From positions 1,612,001 through 1,676,000 of the forward strand of contig OZ251231.1 of the NCBI GenBank assembly GCA_965240325.2: a DNA stretch of 64,000 nucleotides, in the 5' to 3' direction. The notes beneath the pieces are model-generated. The model worked only from the letters and a program-made list of their open reading frames with translations. It was not told where the DNA came from and did no database searches. Below, piece by piece: positions 11,940 through 23,706 of this stretch (positions within the stretch are counted from its first letter, which is position 1; each line of letters begins with the position of its first letter). Source of the stretch: Rebecca billardiae RCC1528 (taxonomy: Eukaryota > Protista > Haptophyta). Made by a program: the position numbers and the translations under genes.

Positions 11940-14558
11940 GAGCCGAAGTCAACCAAGCGGACCATGCAGCAGAGTCCCAGGTTCCGACCCCTGATTGATG
12001 ACTTCAACGAGAAATGGCACGACATCCGACCACCTCCCAATAGATTCAGACTCAAATATTTTTACTATGTAATTACCCGTCCCTTACTCAGATTTCAGCA
12101 CAGTCCGGGAGCGTTCTCAGGACACTTGCACATATACGCGAAAACATCACCCGGATTGGGCAATTATTTAATAAAGAAATAGAGTCTACTGAGTCTACTG
12201 AACCTATTGGAGGTGCATGGCTGATGATCGTCCGCATATCAGGCCGTAATATCGTCCAAGGGACCGCCTGGGGTGGTCTATACTCTATGAGCTATTGTAG
12301 ATCACCAGAGGCGGCGATCCCACCGATTGCATGCAGTAGTGTCAAGATAGATCTGTACAGTTAATTAACGCTCCAGTGAGTGAGTCAGTGACCGCGGACT
12401 AGGGACTGCCGGGGGGGGGGGGGGGTCGAACCGAAGCGGGCGGAGCCGTGACTAGCTTAGCTTAGTGATGCTGTCACTCGTCCCATGCCGCCGCCTATTT
12501 ACGGCGCACGCGGTGGCTTCGGAACGGAACGGTCCTTCGGACCGTCGCTGAGATGGCAGAGATCCGGACAGTCCCGCAGAGTGAATCTCAGAAATAAAAG
12601 TTCTCAGTACTGTACTGTAGACTGAGAGAGAGAGACGGCCAGAGATCTATCGTCATAAGAAGAGATTGAGAGAGAGAGAGAGCGAGAGAGCGAGAGAGAG
12701 ATCGAGAGACTAGAGAGGCTCTGGCTTCGGTTGACCCCTGCCAGAGACGGGCACTGTGAGCTCCTTCACAGTGTCCATGACTCAGTCACAATTGTGAAAA
12801 CTGCACAGGAGAACCTCAATGGATGCCTAGATGATGACTTCAGAGCGATACTATTGGGCCAACAAGCACGGCTTCCTCTATAGTTCAGACTCTATGATTT
12901 TACTATGTATTGACCCATTTCAGACTCTGGTCAGAACCCGGTCCGGGAGCGATCCGGATGCACCCGTAGCTATTGGAAATGTGTCACCGGGCCGGGTAAA
13001 TAGCTATGAAAATATAGAGTCTGAAGTAGTCACAAACTGAGTTTCACACCCTGGGCACTTATTGGCTATCCATAGCAACCCTACTTGGGGCCCTGTGGGA
13101 CACTTCGGGCGTTCATTCGGCGGCGCAGGAATGCGAAGATCATTTTCGGTACGCCCGGTTTCTATGACCGGACTGGAGTGGCAACGGCCTCGGGGTCAAC
13201 CCGGGAGCCAGAGCCGAGTGACACAGTATTAGAGCTAGAGAGTTGTTCGTAATTGAATGACGATGCTCTTGAGCAGTCATAGCATCTGCTGCCGCTCCCG
13301 CAGCGGCTGCAGCTTCTTCTGCGACGCGTCACCTTCACCTTCCCGTTCGGATACTTCGGAGCCGACCCCCTCGGAGCCGCCCCAGAGGCAGAGGTTCTGC
13401 GCGCCCGTCTCCAACTGCGAGGCCAGGCCCACCTCCCAGATCTCATCTGCCCACTTATCGGCGTGCACCATGGTGGCCCGGGTCTGGCCCTCAGGCGTGC
13501 CAACCTCCAGCCCCGATGCGGCACCGGCAGCGCTCTCCTCCTCGGCGGAAGCTGCGTCGCGCTCGCGGCGCGCCATACAAATGGACACGAGCGCAAGCGC
13601 CGAGAGGATGAGCACCGCCCCGAGGGCAGAGGCGGGAGAGAGCCCATCGCCGCGCGCGATCTGCCAGAAGAAGCCGAAGATGACCTCGGAGGAGCGGAAG
13701 AGCGTGCTCGTCACCGGCTTCTCGCGCTGGAAGCCGTAGATGAAGAACAGCATCGAGAGCACACCGAGTGCCGCGGCGAGCATACTCAGCCAGAGCACGC
13801 TGCCGCCAAGGGTGCGCAGACGCTGCCCCGGCACCAGCATGGCGCCCACTGGGCTGATGAAGCACGAAAGCAGAGTCCCGCTTGAGAGCATCAGCGCAAT
13901 GCTGGTCTGATATCGCGTGTACAGCGCGCGGATCAGCACAGAGGATGAGCCTACAATCATCGCAAAGCCCACGCCAAACAGCACGCCGAAGAGCCGGCGC
14001 ACGTGCTTGTCGCCGTGCGCGGGCTCCACGACTTCCACGGGTCGGAACGGGGCAGGAAGCATGTGCATGAGTGGTCCTGGCTGCGCGATCAGCGCGACTC
14101 CAGCAAAAGAAAGGGCCGCGCCGATCATCTCGTCAGCGTGCCACGGCAAACCCAGGAGCAGCGCGCTCAGAATGACTGCGAAGACAGGAGCGAGTTGCTG
14201 GATGGTGATGGCGTCGCCGAGTGGAAGGAGGGCGTACGAGGTGAACTCGAGTGCAAACCCCACGAACGTCATCACCGAACGGAGCGTGAGCAGCTTGAGC
14301 TGCGGCCGTTGCAGCGAGCGCAGCTCGTAGATCGTCGTGGCAAGCCCTGTGCGCGACATCAGTGCAGCGCCGACGGCCGTTTGGAGGATGGCGCGCACCA
14401 TGACGAGCTCGAGCGTGCTTGGGCCGTTCTCGAGCCGGATCATCGCCTGGACGAGCAGCGCGCTCAGCGAGAAGCCGAGGCTCGCGACCACGATCGCCGA
14501 GATGGGTCCCGCCCTGCTACAGATAGGCATGCCGCCGAGCACCATGACGCGCTGATGA
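11940..14558. repeat. Segmental duplication, copy 1 (~2.6 kb; copy 2 is 18788-23637 with two TE insertions)
   Basis: Colinear high identity from GAGCCGAAGTCAACC to GCGCTGATGAA. Confidence 0.92.
13277..14545 (-). CDS. EamA/DMT (SLC35G-like) transporter, copy 1
   Basis: About 10 hydrophobic segments; LPLGDAITIQQLAPVFAVILSALLL; SEVIFGFFWQ; GAVLI; start placed at the ATG shared by both copies. Confidence 0.88.
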   Translation of the reverse strand: MVLGGMPICSRAGPISAIVVASLGFSLSALLVQAMIRLENGPSTLELVMVRAILQTAVGAALMSRTGLATTIYELRSLQRPQLKLLTLRSVMTFVGFALEFTSYALLPLGDAITIQQLAPVFAVILSALLLGLPWHADEMIGAALSFAGVALIAQPGPLMHMLPAPFRPVEVVEPAHGDKHVRRLFGVLFGVGFAMIVGSSSVLIRALYTRYQTSIALMLSSGTLLSCFISPVGAMLVPGQRLRTLGGSVLWLSMLAAALGVLSMLFFIYGFQREKPVTSTLFRSSEVIFGFFWQIARGDGLSPASALGAVLILSALALVSICMARRERDAASAEEESAAGAASGLEVGTPEGQTRATMVHADKWADEIWEVGLASQLETGAQNLCLWGGSEGVGSEVSEREGEGDASQKKLQPLRERQQML

Positions 14559-14587
14559 AAACGACGTGGCATGCAAGAGCGATTGGA

Positions 14588-14622
14588 TGAGATCCTGCGA
14601 TCCTGTATTTATCCGCGCCGCC
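14588..14622 (+). repeat. Short dispersed repeat family H
   Basis: TGAGATCCTGCGATCCTGTATTTAT recurs at 25214-25238. Confidence 0.6.
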
Positions 14623-14863
14623 GCTGCCGCCGGCGGGATTGAAGCAACTTGATTGAAGTACAGTACCCTGGCCAGCCCCCAACCAAGCCCCAACCAACCA
14701 GGCGCGTGCTCCCGCACCGGTCGTGCATGGGTCGTAAGAAATATCTCGAATTGTTGTATATTCGTATTATCTGGTCCTATCACAGCCAATCTTGAACCAA
14801 ATGAGAATTTCTCAAAACGGCCCGCCATTCTCAAAAGTAAAGACGAGGTGAGATCTGGGCGTG

Positions 14864-16204
14864 ATGCCGCCCGCGAACGCGAAGGAGAATGGCCTGCAGC
14901 TGGCGAAGATCGCCGAGGAGCGGGGTATCCAAGCATTCCTGGTGTCTTACCTCGACCTCTTCGGCGTGCAGCGCGCCAAGCTCGTGCCGGCGTCCGCGAT
15001 CGCGAGCGTCGCCAAAAACGGCGCGGGGTTTGCCGGCTTTGCCGCGTACTTTGACTCGACGCCTGCGCACGCCGACCTGCTCGCCTTCCCAGACCCCACC
15101 TCTCTGATTCGCCTCCCGTGGAAGCCCGAGGTGGGCTGGCTCGCCTCCGACCTCTGGATCGACGACAAGCCGTACGCGCAGTGCCCGCGACGCGCGCTGC
15201 GGCTGCAGCTCGAGGCGGCGCGCGCGGCCGGCTTCTCGTCGTTCAAGACGGGCGTGGAGGTGGAGTTCATGCTGCTCGAGCCCTCGGGCGCGATCGACGC
15301 GCGCGACGACGCGAAGAAGCCGTGCTACGAGATCGGCGCCTTCATGCGCCGGTACGACGTGCTCAAGCAGCTGCTGGACTACTGCGAGCAGCTCGGCTGG
15401 GGGCCGTACCAGTGCGACCACGAGGGCGCGAACGGTCAGTTCGAGCTCAACTTCGATTACGCCGACGCGCTCGTGACCGCCGACCGCATCGCGTTCCACA
15501 AGCTGATGGTGCGCTCCGTCGCCGAGCAGCACGGCCTGCGCGCGACCTTCATGCCCAAGCTGTTCGCGGACAAGACTGGCAACGGCGCGCACGTGCACTT
15601 CACGCTGCACGCGAGCGCGGGCGACAAGGAGCGCAACGTGTTTGCCGCGCGGGAGGGCGAGGAGGGCGACGAGTACGGGCTCTCGACCACGGCGCGCCAC
15701 TTCCTCGGCGGCGTGCTCGAGCACGTCACCGGCCTCTCCGCCATCGCCAACCCGACCGTCAACTCGTACAAGCGCCTGTGCGCGGCCGCGTCAGACTCGG
15801 GTGCGACCTGGGCGCCGACCGTCGCCTCGCACGGCGGCAACGACCGGACACACGTGATCCGGGTGCCCGACGCGCCGCGGTACGAGCTGCGCCTTGCCGA
15901 CATGGCGTCGCACCCGTACCTGCTGCCCGCCGCCCTGCTCGCCGCGGGGCTCGACGGCCTGGCGCGCAAGCTCGAGCCGCCGCCGCGCGCCAAGGTGGCT
16001 GCGTGGGCGCTGGACCCGGCCGAGGCGAAGGCGCTGCCGTCCAACCTGCTCGACGCGTTGCGCGCGTTCGAGGCGGACGAGGTGCTGCGGCAGAAGGTGG
16101 GCGTGGAGATGTGCGCCGCGCTGCACAAGCTGCGCATGAAGCAGTGGCGCGAGTACACGATGCACCTCACGGCCTGGGAGCTGGAGACCGGCCTCGACAT
16201 CTGA
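14864..16204 (+). CDS. glnT: GlnT-type glutamate-ammonia ligase / gamma-glutamylmethylamide synthetase (GmaS)-like, intronless
   Basis: DLFGVQRAKLVP, GAGFAGFA, LPWKPEVGW, TGVEVEF, YQCDHEGANGQFELNF, TFMPK..GNGAHVH, NPTVNSYKRL, RYELRLAD; ends WELETGLDI like proteobacterial GlnT/GmaS. Confidence 0.88.
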   Translation: MPPANAKENGLQLAKIAEERGIQAFLVSYLDLFGVQRAKLVPASAIASVAKNGAGFAGFAAYFDSTPAHADLLAFPDPTSLIRLPWKPEVGWLASDLWIDDKPYAQCPRRALRLQLEAARAAGFSSFKTGVEVEFMLLEPSGAIDARDDAKKPCYEIGAFMRRYDVLKQLLDYCEQLGWGPYQCDHEGANGQFELNFDYADALVTADRIAFHKLMVRSVAEQHGLRATFMPKLFADKTGNGAHVHFTLHASAGDKERNVFAAREGEEGDEYGLSTTARHFLGGVLEHVTGLSAIANPTVNSYKRLCAAASDSGATWAPTVASHGGNDRTHVIRVPDAPRYELRLADMASHPYLLPAALLAAGLDGLARKLEPPPRAKVAAWALDPAEAKALPSNLLDALRAFEADEVLRQKVGVEMCAALHKLRMKQWREYTMHLTAWELETGLDI

Positions 16205-16639
16205 GCGCCCGGCCAGCTCGGTGCACCTCGAGTGCACTGCGCGTGCGCGTGCGCACCGAGCCGCTCTGCCCGGCACTGCCTGAACAGTCGGCCCGCACAG
16301 CGCCGTCGTGCATGCCTGCCGCCTGGCTGCGCACGGACGCGGCGTGTCCGGGTGCGCCCCGCTGGCCGCGGCTCGTCCCAGCTCTCTCCCCGTCTCACGC
16401 GGATTCCCGCCGATCGTTAGAGCAGCGGCCTTGCTGAGTCGAGTGCGTCTCACGACTACGAGTCGACGATGCGGTCCTCGGGAGGTTGTGGAGCCCGCTT
16501 CACCATGCATAAATGACGGTGGCGACTACATACCTGACAGTGATATTAGATTCTAGCAATGGTTCTGGAAGGCTCTCAGGCTGTGAGTAGCAATAATCGG
16601 TGCAGTAGGGTTGACGACCGTTCATGAGCCCTGTGGTAC

Positions 16640-17900
16640 TCGTAGCCCGTGTCCGAGTGACGGCGAATTCTACTTGAGTACTCATGGCCATCACCGATGC
16701 ATTGGTGCAGATAGACCCCACCGCCAACCTGCTGGTGTGCACTGACCTGCAGGAAATGGTAAAGGCCGCCGAAATCTGGCAAAACGACCCCTGGGACCGA
16801 CGGCTGCGGCACGGGGGCACCACGCGTACGCCCCATACATCGCCAGGGTCATGAGCCTGGTGGGCTGGCGCCGCTTGAGGCATGGCAGCACCACTTCATT
16901 TGAGCATGTCAAGGCGCACTCTGCTGACGATGCGGCTGCGCGACACCTCAGCCTCACGCACACTCAGGGGCCACCAGCACTGCACTGTCAGCCAACACAG
17001 TGTGGCAGCTTTGCGCCAAGCAGGGATGAACCCCAAAACCCTGCTCAACGCATGCAGCGATGCGGGGGCCAAGCTCTGCTGCTCTGACCCCACAACCCCC
17101 TGTGTGACTCACAAGAGAGGTGGCCACCCAAGTGCTGGTTCCCATGCGCTGGTACAGCTGGCCGACGGAGAGCCAGTGGCAGGCCGAATCAAGCCCCTTG
17201 TGTATGACAGTGTGCTGTCCGACAAAGGGCAACCCACCTGCAAGCCACCAAGTCCAGCTGTGACTTGGTGGGTGAATGGACTGGTGTGTCACTGCCAGAG
17301 GCCTCCACTGGCGTACTACGGACCTGGCAGGCCAGCAGCACTGTGCCTGCCTACTACATACTCCACCACGGATATGAGTTCCTGCAGCCGGCTGCCCTGC
17401 CGCTGCGAGACCCGACGTTGTTCTCTGTGCGATTCCAGTCGGGGGCGGCATTTAGCGATGCCTGCCCCCTCTGCGATCATGCTCCACTGCTACATCCAGC
17501 GCCAGATACTGAGCACCACCAGACCCACCTCTTCTCTGAGTGCCCTGAGGTCGATGCCTACCGAATGGCTGCTGCCAGAAGCATATCGCATGTAATTGAG
17601 CCCTTCATGCAGGGACAGGCTGCAGCATGGAACTTGGCACGACACGTGTGCTCTGGGGCTGCCCTCATGGGCAGGGTGCCCAGCACACTGAAGACCACTG
17701 TGGGGGGCAACGTGCATCTCGGCAGGACCATGCACGTGGCCTTACTGAAGGCAGGGCTAGGCATCATGCAGGCCCGCAAGGACGTGGACTCCCAGCTGTC
17801 AAAGGCAAGGCGTCTCCTTCGACATGCCAGGGACTTTCGGCCGCCGCCTGGGCACGGCCAGGGGGGGCAGCCCCCGCCCCCACAGGCACAGGCAGGCACA
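16640..17900 (+). mobile_element. Decayed non-LTR retrotransposon 3' region (RNase H + CCHC knuckle), frameshifted
   Basis: LMAITDAL..LLVCTD, FEHVKAH, NACSDAGAK (RNase H motifs spread over different frames); CPLC..HLFSEC; base composition differs from host genes. Boundaries approximate. Confidence 0.7.
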
Positions 17901-18879
17901 GGAGGGGCGATTGCCATGAATAATCAGTTACAAGGGCCGCCTGTCATCCAGCAGCACCCCCTTGCCCAGGCTGGCCAGGGCTGGCAGGCAGGCGCGGGGC
18001 AGGCCAACCTGCACCAGCCCATCAGCGCGAGGTCACCACGTGCGCCCCCAGCTACTCTTGCGGGCATGGCCTCTACAGCGTGCTCGCACCCTCCCTATGG
18101 TGATTGCGTGGCCTCTGCAGCCTGCCACACCTCTTGTGGCATGGCCGCTCCAATATGCCACCCCGCTGGCTCGCCGCGATGTGCGTCCGTCGGACAATGT
18201 GTTGTCTGTGTTGACACATGGGGGCCCTGAGATTGAGGCAGACCCGGCTGCTGGCAGTCACACTGGTAACGGAGCTCACAACTGCCTTGCACAGTCAGAC
18301 ACTGGACAGCAGGCCACACAGCCACCTGCTGGCTCTGCCCGAGGCCACTGGCAGCCCCCAGGCACAGGCTGCCTCCTCCTAGTCAAGCTCAGCAAGACAG
18401 CCCCCCCCCCCCCCCCCCCCCCCCCCCAAACGACACTGCCCACCCCGCCGCAGGCAAATGTGCCTATCCTAGCACCAACTGGCAGGCAGGCTCAGCCTGC
18501 GCAGAGGAGCACGCTGACGCTACCCCCTGCAAAGAGCAGCAGGAAGAGGCGCGCAAACGACACCTCCCCAGGCGTACTTAGCCATCGCCACCACTCTGCT
18601 TGCGTCCTACAGCAGCCCATGCCCTGACTTGATGCCCGATGTCACACACATGTCTGACATGACCCCCTCTGCCTCCATAGCCGCACGAGTGAAATACAGG
18701 CGCCTCGCGGCCAGGGACAGTGGCCCAGACCCCTGCGGCCTGCCTAGCTACTGGGCTCGCTGACAGTCCCCTCCGCCCTTGAGACGGAGCCGAAGTCAAC
18801 CAAGCGGACCATGCAGCAGAGTCCCAGGTTCCGACCCCCGATTCGGATGACTTCAACGAGAAATGGCACGACATCCGAC

Positions 18880-19148
18880 CAAGGGGCTTACAAAATACCA
18901 CTGGGGGCGAAAGCGCCAGCGCGGAGCCCCGTCGCGACCCCGGCTCCTCAAACGGAAAGTGTCCGGTAGCTCTTATGAAAAAAAGACCGGAATGCCTTGA
19001 AAGAATACGAGATGTGTCGACAGATTACCCGCTTTCCCGGATTCAAACTTCTCGCACAGTGTTTTCCACTCACCGGACACATTCCGTTTGAGGAGCCGGG
19101 GTGGCGACGACTGTGTTTCGCCCCCAGTGGTATTTTGTAAGCCCCTTG
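18880..19148. mobile_element. 269 bp MITE, P-element-like
   Basis: 33-bp perfect TIR CAAGGGGCTTACAAAATACCACTGGGGGCGAAA; 7-bp TSD ATCCGAC; empty site at about 12024 in the paralogous copy. Confidence 0.9.
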
Positions 19149-20289
19149 ATCCGACCACCCCCCAATAGGTTCAGACTCAAATATTTTTATTACTATGTAA
19201 TTACCCGTCCCTTACTCAGATTTCAGCACAGTCCGGGAGCGTTCTGGACACTTGTATATATACGCGAAAACATCACCCGGATTGGGCAATTATTTAAAGA
19301 AATAGAGTCTACTGAACCTATTGGAGGTGCATGGCTGATGATCGTCCGCATCTCAGTCAGGCCGTAATATCGTCCAAGGGACCGTCTGGGGTGGTCTATG
19401 AGCTATTGTATCATAGATCATCAGAGGCGGCGATCCCACCGATTGCATGCAGTAGTGTCAAGATAGATCTGTACAGTTAATTAACGCTCCAGTGAGTGAG
19501 TCAGTGACCGCGGACAGGGACTGTCGGGGGGGGGGGGGGGGGATCGAACCGAAGCGGGCGGAGCCGTGACTAGCTTAGCTTAGTGATGCAAAGGTCACTC
19601 GTCCCATGCCGCCGCCTATTTACGGCGCACGGTGGCTTCGGAACGGAACGGTCCTTCGGACCGTCGCTGAGATGGCAGAGATCCGGACAGTCCCGCAGAG
19701 TGAATCTCAGAAATAAACTCAGTACTGTACTGTAGACTGAGAGAGAGAGACGGCCAGAGATCTATCGTCATAAGAAGAGATAGACGGAGAGAGAGAGAGC
19801 GAGAGAGCGAGAGAGAGAGATCGAGAGACAGAGGCTCTGGCTTCGGTTGACCCCTGCCAGACGGATGGGCACTGTGAGCTCCTTCATGTCCATGACTCAG
19901 TCACTTGACACTTGTGAAAACTGTTAACTGCACAGGAGGACCTCAATGGATGCCTAGATGATGACTTCAGAGCGATATTGGGCCAACAAGCACGGCTTCC
20001 TCTATAGTTCAGACTCTATGATTTTACTATGTATTGACCCATTACAGACTCTGGTCAGAACCCGGTCCGGGAGCGATCCCGCGGATCCGGATGCACCCGT
20101 AGCTATTGGAAACGTGTCACCGGACCGGGTAAATCTAGCTATGAAAATATAGAGTCTGAAGTAGTCACAAACTGAGTTGGCACACTCCCTGGGCACTTAT
20201 TGGCTATCCATCTAGCAACCGCCTACTTGGGGCCCTGTGGGACACTTCGGGCGTTCATTCGGCGGCAGGAATGCGAAGATCATTTTCGG

Positions 20290-22225
20290 TAGCCTGGTCC
20301 AAACGCACTGGAGCACTTTCGGGGATTTTATCGCCAAATGAATGCGGGCCCCTAGGCGCGCGCTCACACCCGGAAACAGCGTAGCAAATGGGCCCAGCCC
20401 GGGCGGAGCAAAAGTTTCGGCCTAAAAATCGCATCCGCGGCCCGTCGTGAGCGTGCGCGCGCGCGCCGCGGACAACTACGGACACATAGAGAATCGTCAG
20501 TCTGAATGTGGGTAAGTACTTAGCCGAAATGAGCCCAAACGCACGAACTTACTTATTGGCGTACGTCGAGGCGAACATGAACCTTGGTACAGGCCATTAG
20601 GATGGGCTCTGGTCTGTGCGCAAGTGGCCGTACTCAACTACTGCAAGATTGACTATATTACCCATTTGTACCCGCATAATATGGGAAATTTACCCGCATA
20701 AATATGCGTTCTGAGTCTGTGTAATTAAATGCCAGTATGTCGTTACATATTCGCCATAGGTGGGTAGCTGTCCCAGGCTGCACGATTAGTGCGGCGCTCG
20801 GGGTGCAGTGGTCGGACGAGGCTCCGCCTGGCCTTCCGCGCACTCCTGCAGACAAGAAGAGGGCCGGACTCCCACCCGGCCAGGCGTGCGACAGTCGGTC
20901 AGGTGCTGGACCTGGTCTGGAGACCATCTCCTGCGTGGCGACTGGCCGATGTGCGGCACAACGCGCGCCGCCGTGAGCCACACGGCAGGTTCGCAACGGA
21001 TCCGGATCGCGTGTCCATGGCGGCGTGCATCGAGTCATTCAAGCTGTCAAGTCGCGTGCCACGCCCGCCCTTTCACTTGGGGCATCCGTACTGCCTACAA
21101 CGACGACATGTGCGTCCTTAGACGAGGCATAATCGCGGTTCTAGCTGCTCGTCCAAGGGTCAGATCGCACGTCCTTGCTCGCCCGACAGCCTCAACGGCG
21201 GACTGATGTGATCCGCGGGTGACGATGCGACCGCTTCGAGTGCGCCTACGGCCACCACCGGGGTGGGGATCGTTCATGGGCACCCTCCGCGTGCCATGAC
21301 ATGCTCTGGCCGTGCGTGGTGACTTGACCCACCGCACGTAAACGGGGAAGACACCCGAGCACGTGCTTCCGAGCCACCCGAATGGCACAATGTGCCACCC
21401 ATGGACACCAAACACGTGCCAAAGCGCGAGCCTTGCGTGCTGGAGTAGCCGCACGACACCAAGGAAGACGTACGAGCGCTCTCAACCATCTTCAAGCGAC
21501 GACTCCGTCGACTCTGCCTCGCAGACCGCGGTACGATCCTCGACCTTGTGCTCGCAGCAAAGGCCACGACGGTAAAGCAGCACCCAGGGGATGGGAGTCA
21601 GCCGGCAGCCACTACAATGTAACTGTACATACCCAGCCCCGCAAGGCGAGCCGTCCTGATCGCCCCCAGCCCGTCATACAGCTCCACGAGAAGCACAAAT
21701 CGACTGCCGCCGCCTTGGGCGACCCATGCGCAAACGTGACGGGACTGGCCGGATGAAGCGTTGGCGATGCGCAGCGCGCCCAACGCTGGTGGTGGCATCG
21801 AGTACATGCTAGGGGTAGGCGGTGCCCCATGCGAGCCGTCGCGTGCCGCGCATATTCCCGGAGGTGCCCCTTCTCGAAGGCGCAGCGCAACCCAGCAGCT
21901 GAGCGTTCGACGCGCGCCGTCGGGCGAGAAGTCGACCTGGCGACGGACCGCGGGCGGCGGAAGCAACGCAGACATGTCGCTTAAGGTGTGCACGCACACC
22001 GCCGGGGCACCCGAACGATGTGTCCAGCACTACACCTGACATGAGGCGGCGCAGTCGTCCAGTCGAGGCTCTCGAGCCCCTTCCGACCTCGTCGCGGCGA
22101 GCCGTCGGACGGCCGGTGGCGATTTTTGACGAGCGCGACGAGCGACGAGAAAAATCGGGAGAAATGAGGCGCCCAAAATCCGAAAAAGGCTTTTTCAGTG
22201 GCGAAAATCGGGATGGACCAGGCTA
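20290..22225. mobile_element. Non-autonomous TIR DNA transposon with TAG termini and 7-bp TSD (hAT-like)
   Basis: TIR TAGCCTGGTCCA / TGGACCAGGCTA; TSD TTTTCGG; empty site at about 13143. Confidence 0.88.
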
Positions 22226-22354
22226 TTTTCGGTACGCCCCCCCTGGTTTCTATGACCGCGGACTGGCAAGCCTCGGGGTCAACCCGGGAGCCAGAGCCGA
22301 GTACAGTAAGAGCTAGAGAGTTGTTCGTAATTGAATGACGATGCTCTTGAGCAG

Positions 22355-23623
22355 TCATAGCATCTGCTGCCGCTCCCGCAGCGGCTGCAGCTTCTTCTGC
22401 GACGCGTCACCTTCACCTTCCCGTTCGGATACTTCGGAGCCGACCCCCTCGGAGCCGCCCCAGAGGCAGAGGTTCTGTGCGCCCGTCTCCAACTGCGAGG
22501 CCAGGCCCACCTCCCAGATCTTATCTGCCCACTTATCGGCGTGCACCATGGTGGCCCGGGTCTGGCCCTCAGGCGTGCCAACCTCCAGCCCCGATGCGGC
22601 ACCGGCAGCGCTCTCCTCCTCGGCGGAAGCTGCGTCGCGCTCGCGGCGCGCCTTACAAATGGACACGAGCGCAAGCGCCGAGAGGATGAGCACCGCCCCG
22701 AAGGCAGAGGCGGGAGAGAGCCCATCGCCGCGCGCGATCTGCCAGAAGAAGCCGAAGATGACCTCGGAGGAGCGGAAGAGCGTGCTCGTCACCGGCTTCT
22801 CGCGCTGGAAGCCGTAGATGAAGAACAGCATCGAGAGCACACCGAGTGCCGCGGCGAGCATACTCAGCCAGAGCACGCTGCCGCCAAGGGTGCGCAGACG
22901 CTGCCCCGGCACCAGCATGGCGCCCACTGGGCTGATGAAGCACGAAAGCAGACTCCCGCTTGAGAGCATCAGCGGAATGCTGGTCTGATATCGCGTGTAC
23001 AGCGCGCGGATCAGCACAGAGGATGAGCCTACAAACATCGCAAAGCCCACGCCAAACAGCACGCCGAAGAGCCGGCGCACGTGCTTGTCGCCGTGCGCGG
23101 GCTCCACGACTTCCACGGGCCGGAACGGGGCAGGAAGCATGTGCATGAGTGGTCCTGGCTGCGCGATCAGCGCGACTCCAGCAAAAGAAAGGGCCGCGCC
23201 GATCATCTCGTCAGCGTGCCACGGCAAACCCAGGAGCAGCGCGCTCAGAATGACTGCGAAGACAGGAGCGAGTTGCTGGATGGTGATGGCGTCGCCGAGT
23301 GGAAGGAGGGCGTACGAGGTGAACTCGAGTGCAAACCCCACGAACGTCATCACCGAACGGAGCGTGAGCAGCTTGAGCTGCGGCCGTCGCAGCGAGCGCA
23401 GCTCGTAGATCGCCGTGGCAAGCCCTGTGCGCGACATCAGTGCAGCGCCGACGGCCGTTTGGAGGATGGCGCGCACCATGACGAGCTCGAGCGTGCTTGG
23501 GCCGTTCTCGAGCCGGATCATCGCCTGGACGAGCAGCGCGCTCAGCGAGAAGCCGAGGCTCGCGACCACGATTGCCGAGATGGGTCCCGCCCTGCTACAG
23601 ATAGGCATGCCGCCGAGCACCAT
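22355..23623 (-). CDS. EamA/DMT (SLC35G-like) transporter, copy 2
   Basis: Same length as copy 1, intact, a handful of amino acid differences. Confidence 0.88.
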   Translation of the reverse strand: MVLGGMPICSRAGPISAIVVASLGFSLSALLVQAMIRLENGPSTLELVMVRAILQTAVGAALMSRTGLATAIYELRSLRRPQLKLLTLRSVMTFVGFALEFTSYALLPLGDAITIQQLAPVFAVILSALLLGLPWHADEMIGAALSFAGVALIAQPGPLMHMLPAPFRPVEVVEPAHGDKHVRRLFGVLFGVGFAMFVGSSSVLIRALYTRYQTSIPLMLSSGSLLSCFISPVGAMLVPGQRLRTLGGSVLWLSMLAAALGVLSMLFFIYGFQREKPVTSTLFRSSEVIFGFFWQIARGDGLSPASAFGAVLILSALALVSICKARRERDAASAEEESAAGAASGLEVGTPEGQTRATMVHADKWADKIWEVGLASQLETGAQNLCLWGGSEGVGSEVSEREGEGDASQKKLQPLRERQQML

Positions 23624-23706
23624 GACGCGCTGATGAATACCATATGATACCAAAATAATGGCGGGTACCCCTGTTGATATACTTTATTTATTGACGTGGC
23701 ATACGG

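Larger units (their letters stand above)
18788..23637. repeat. Segmental duplication, copy 2
   Basis: Matches 11940-14558 after removing 18880-19148 and 20290-22225 with one TSD each. Confidence 0.9.
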
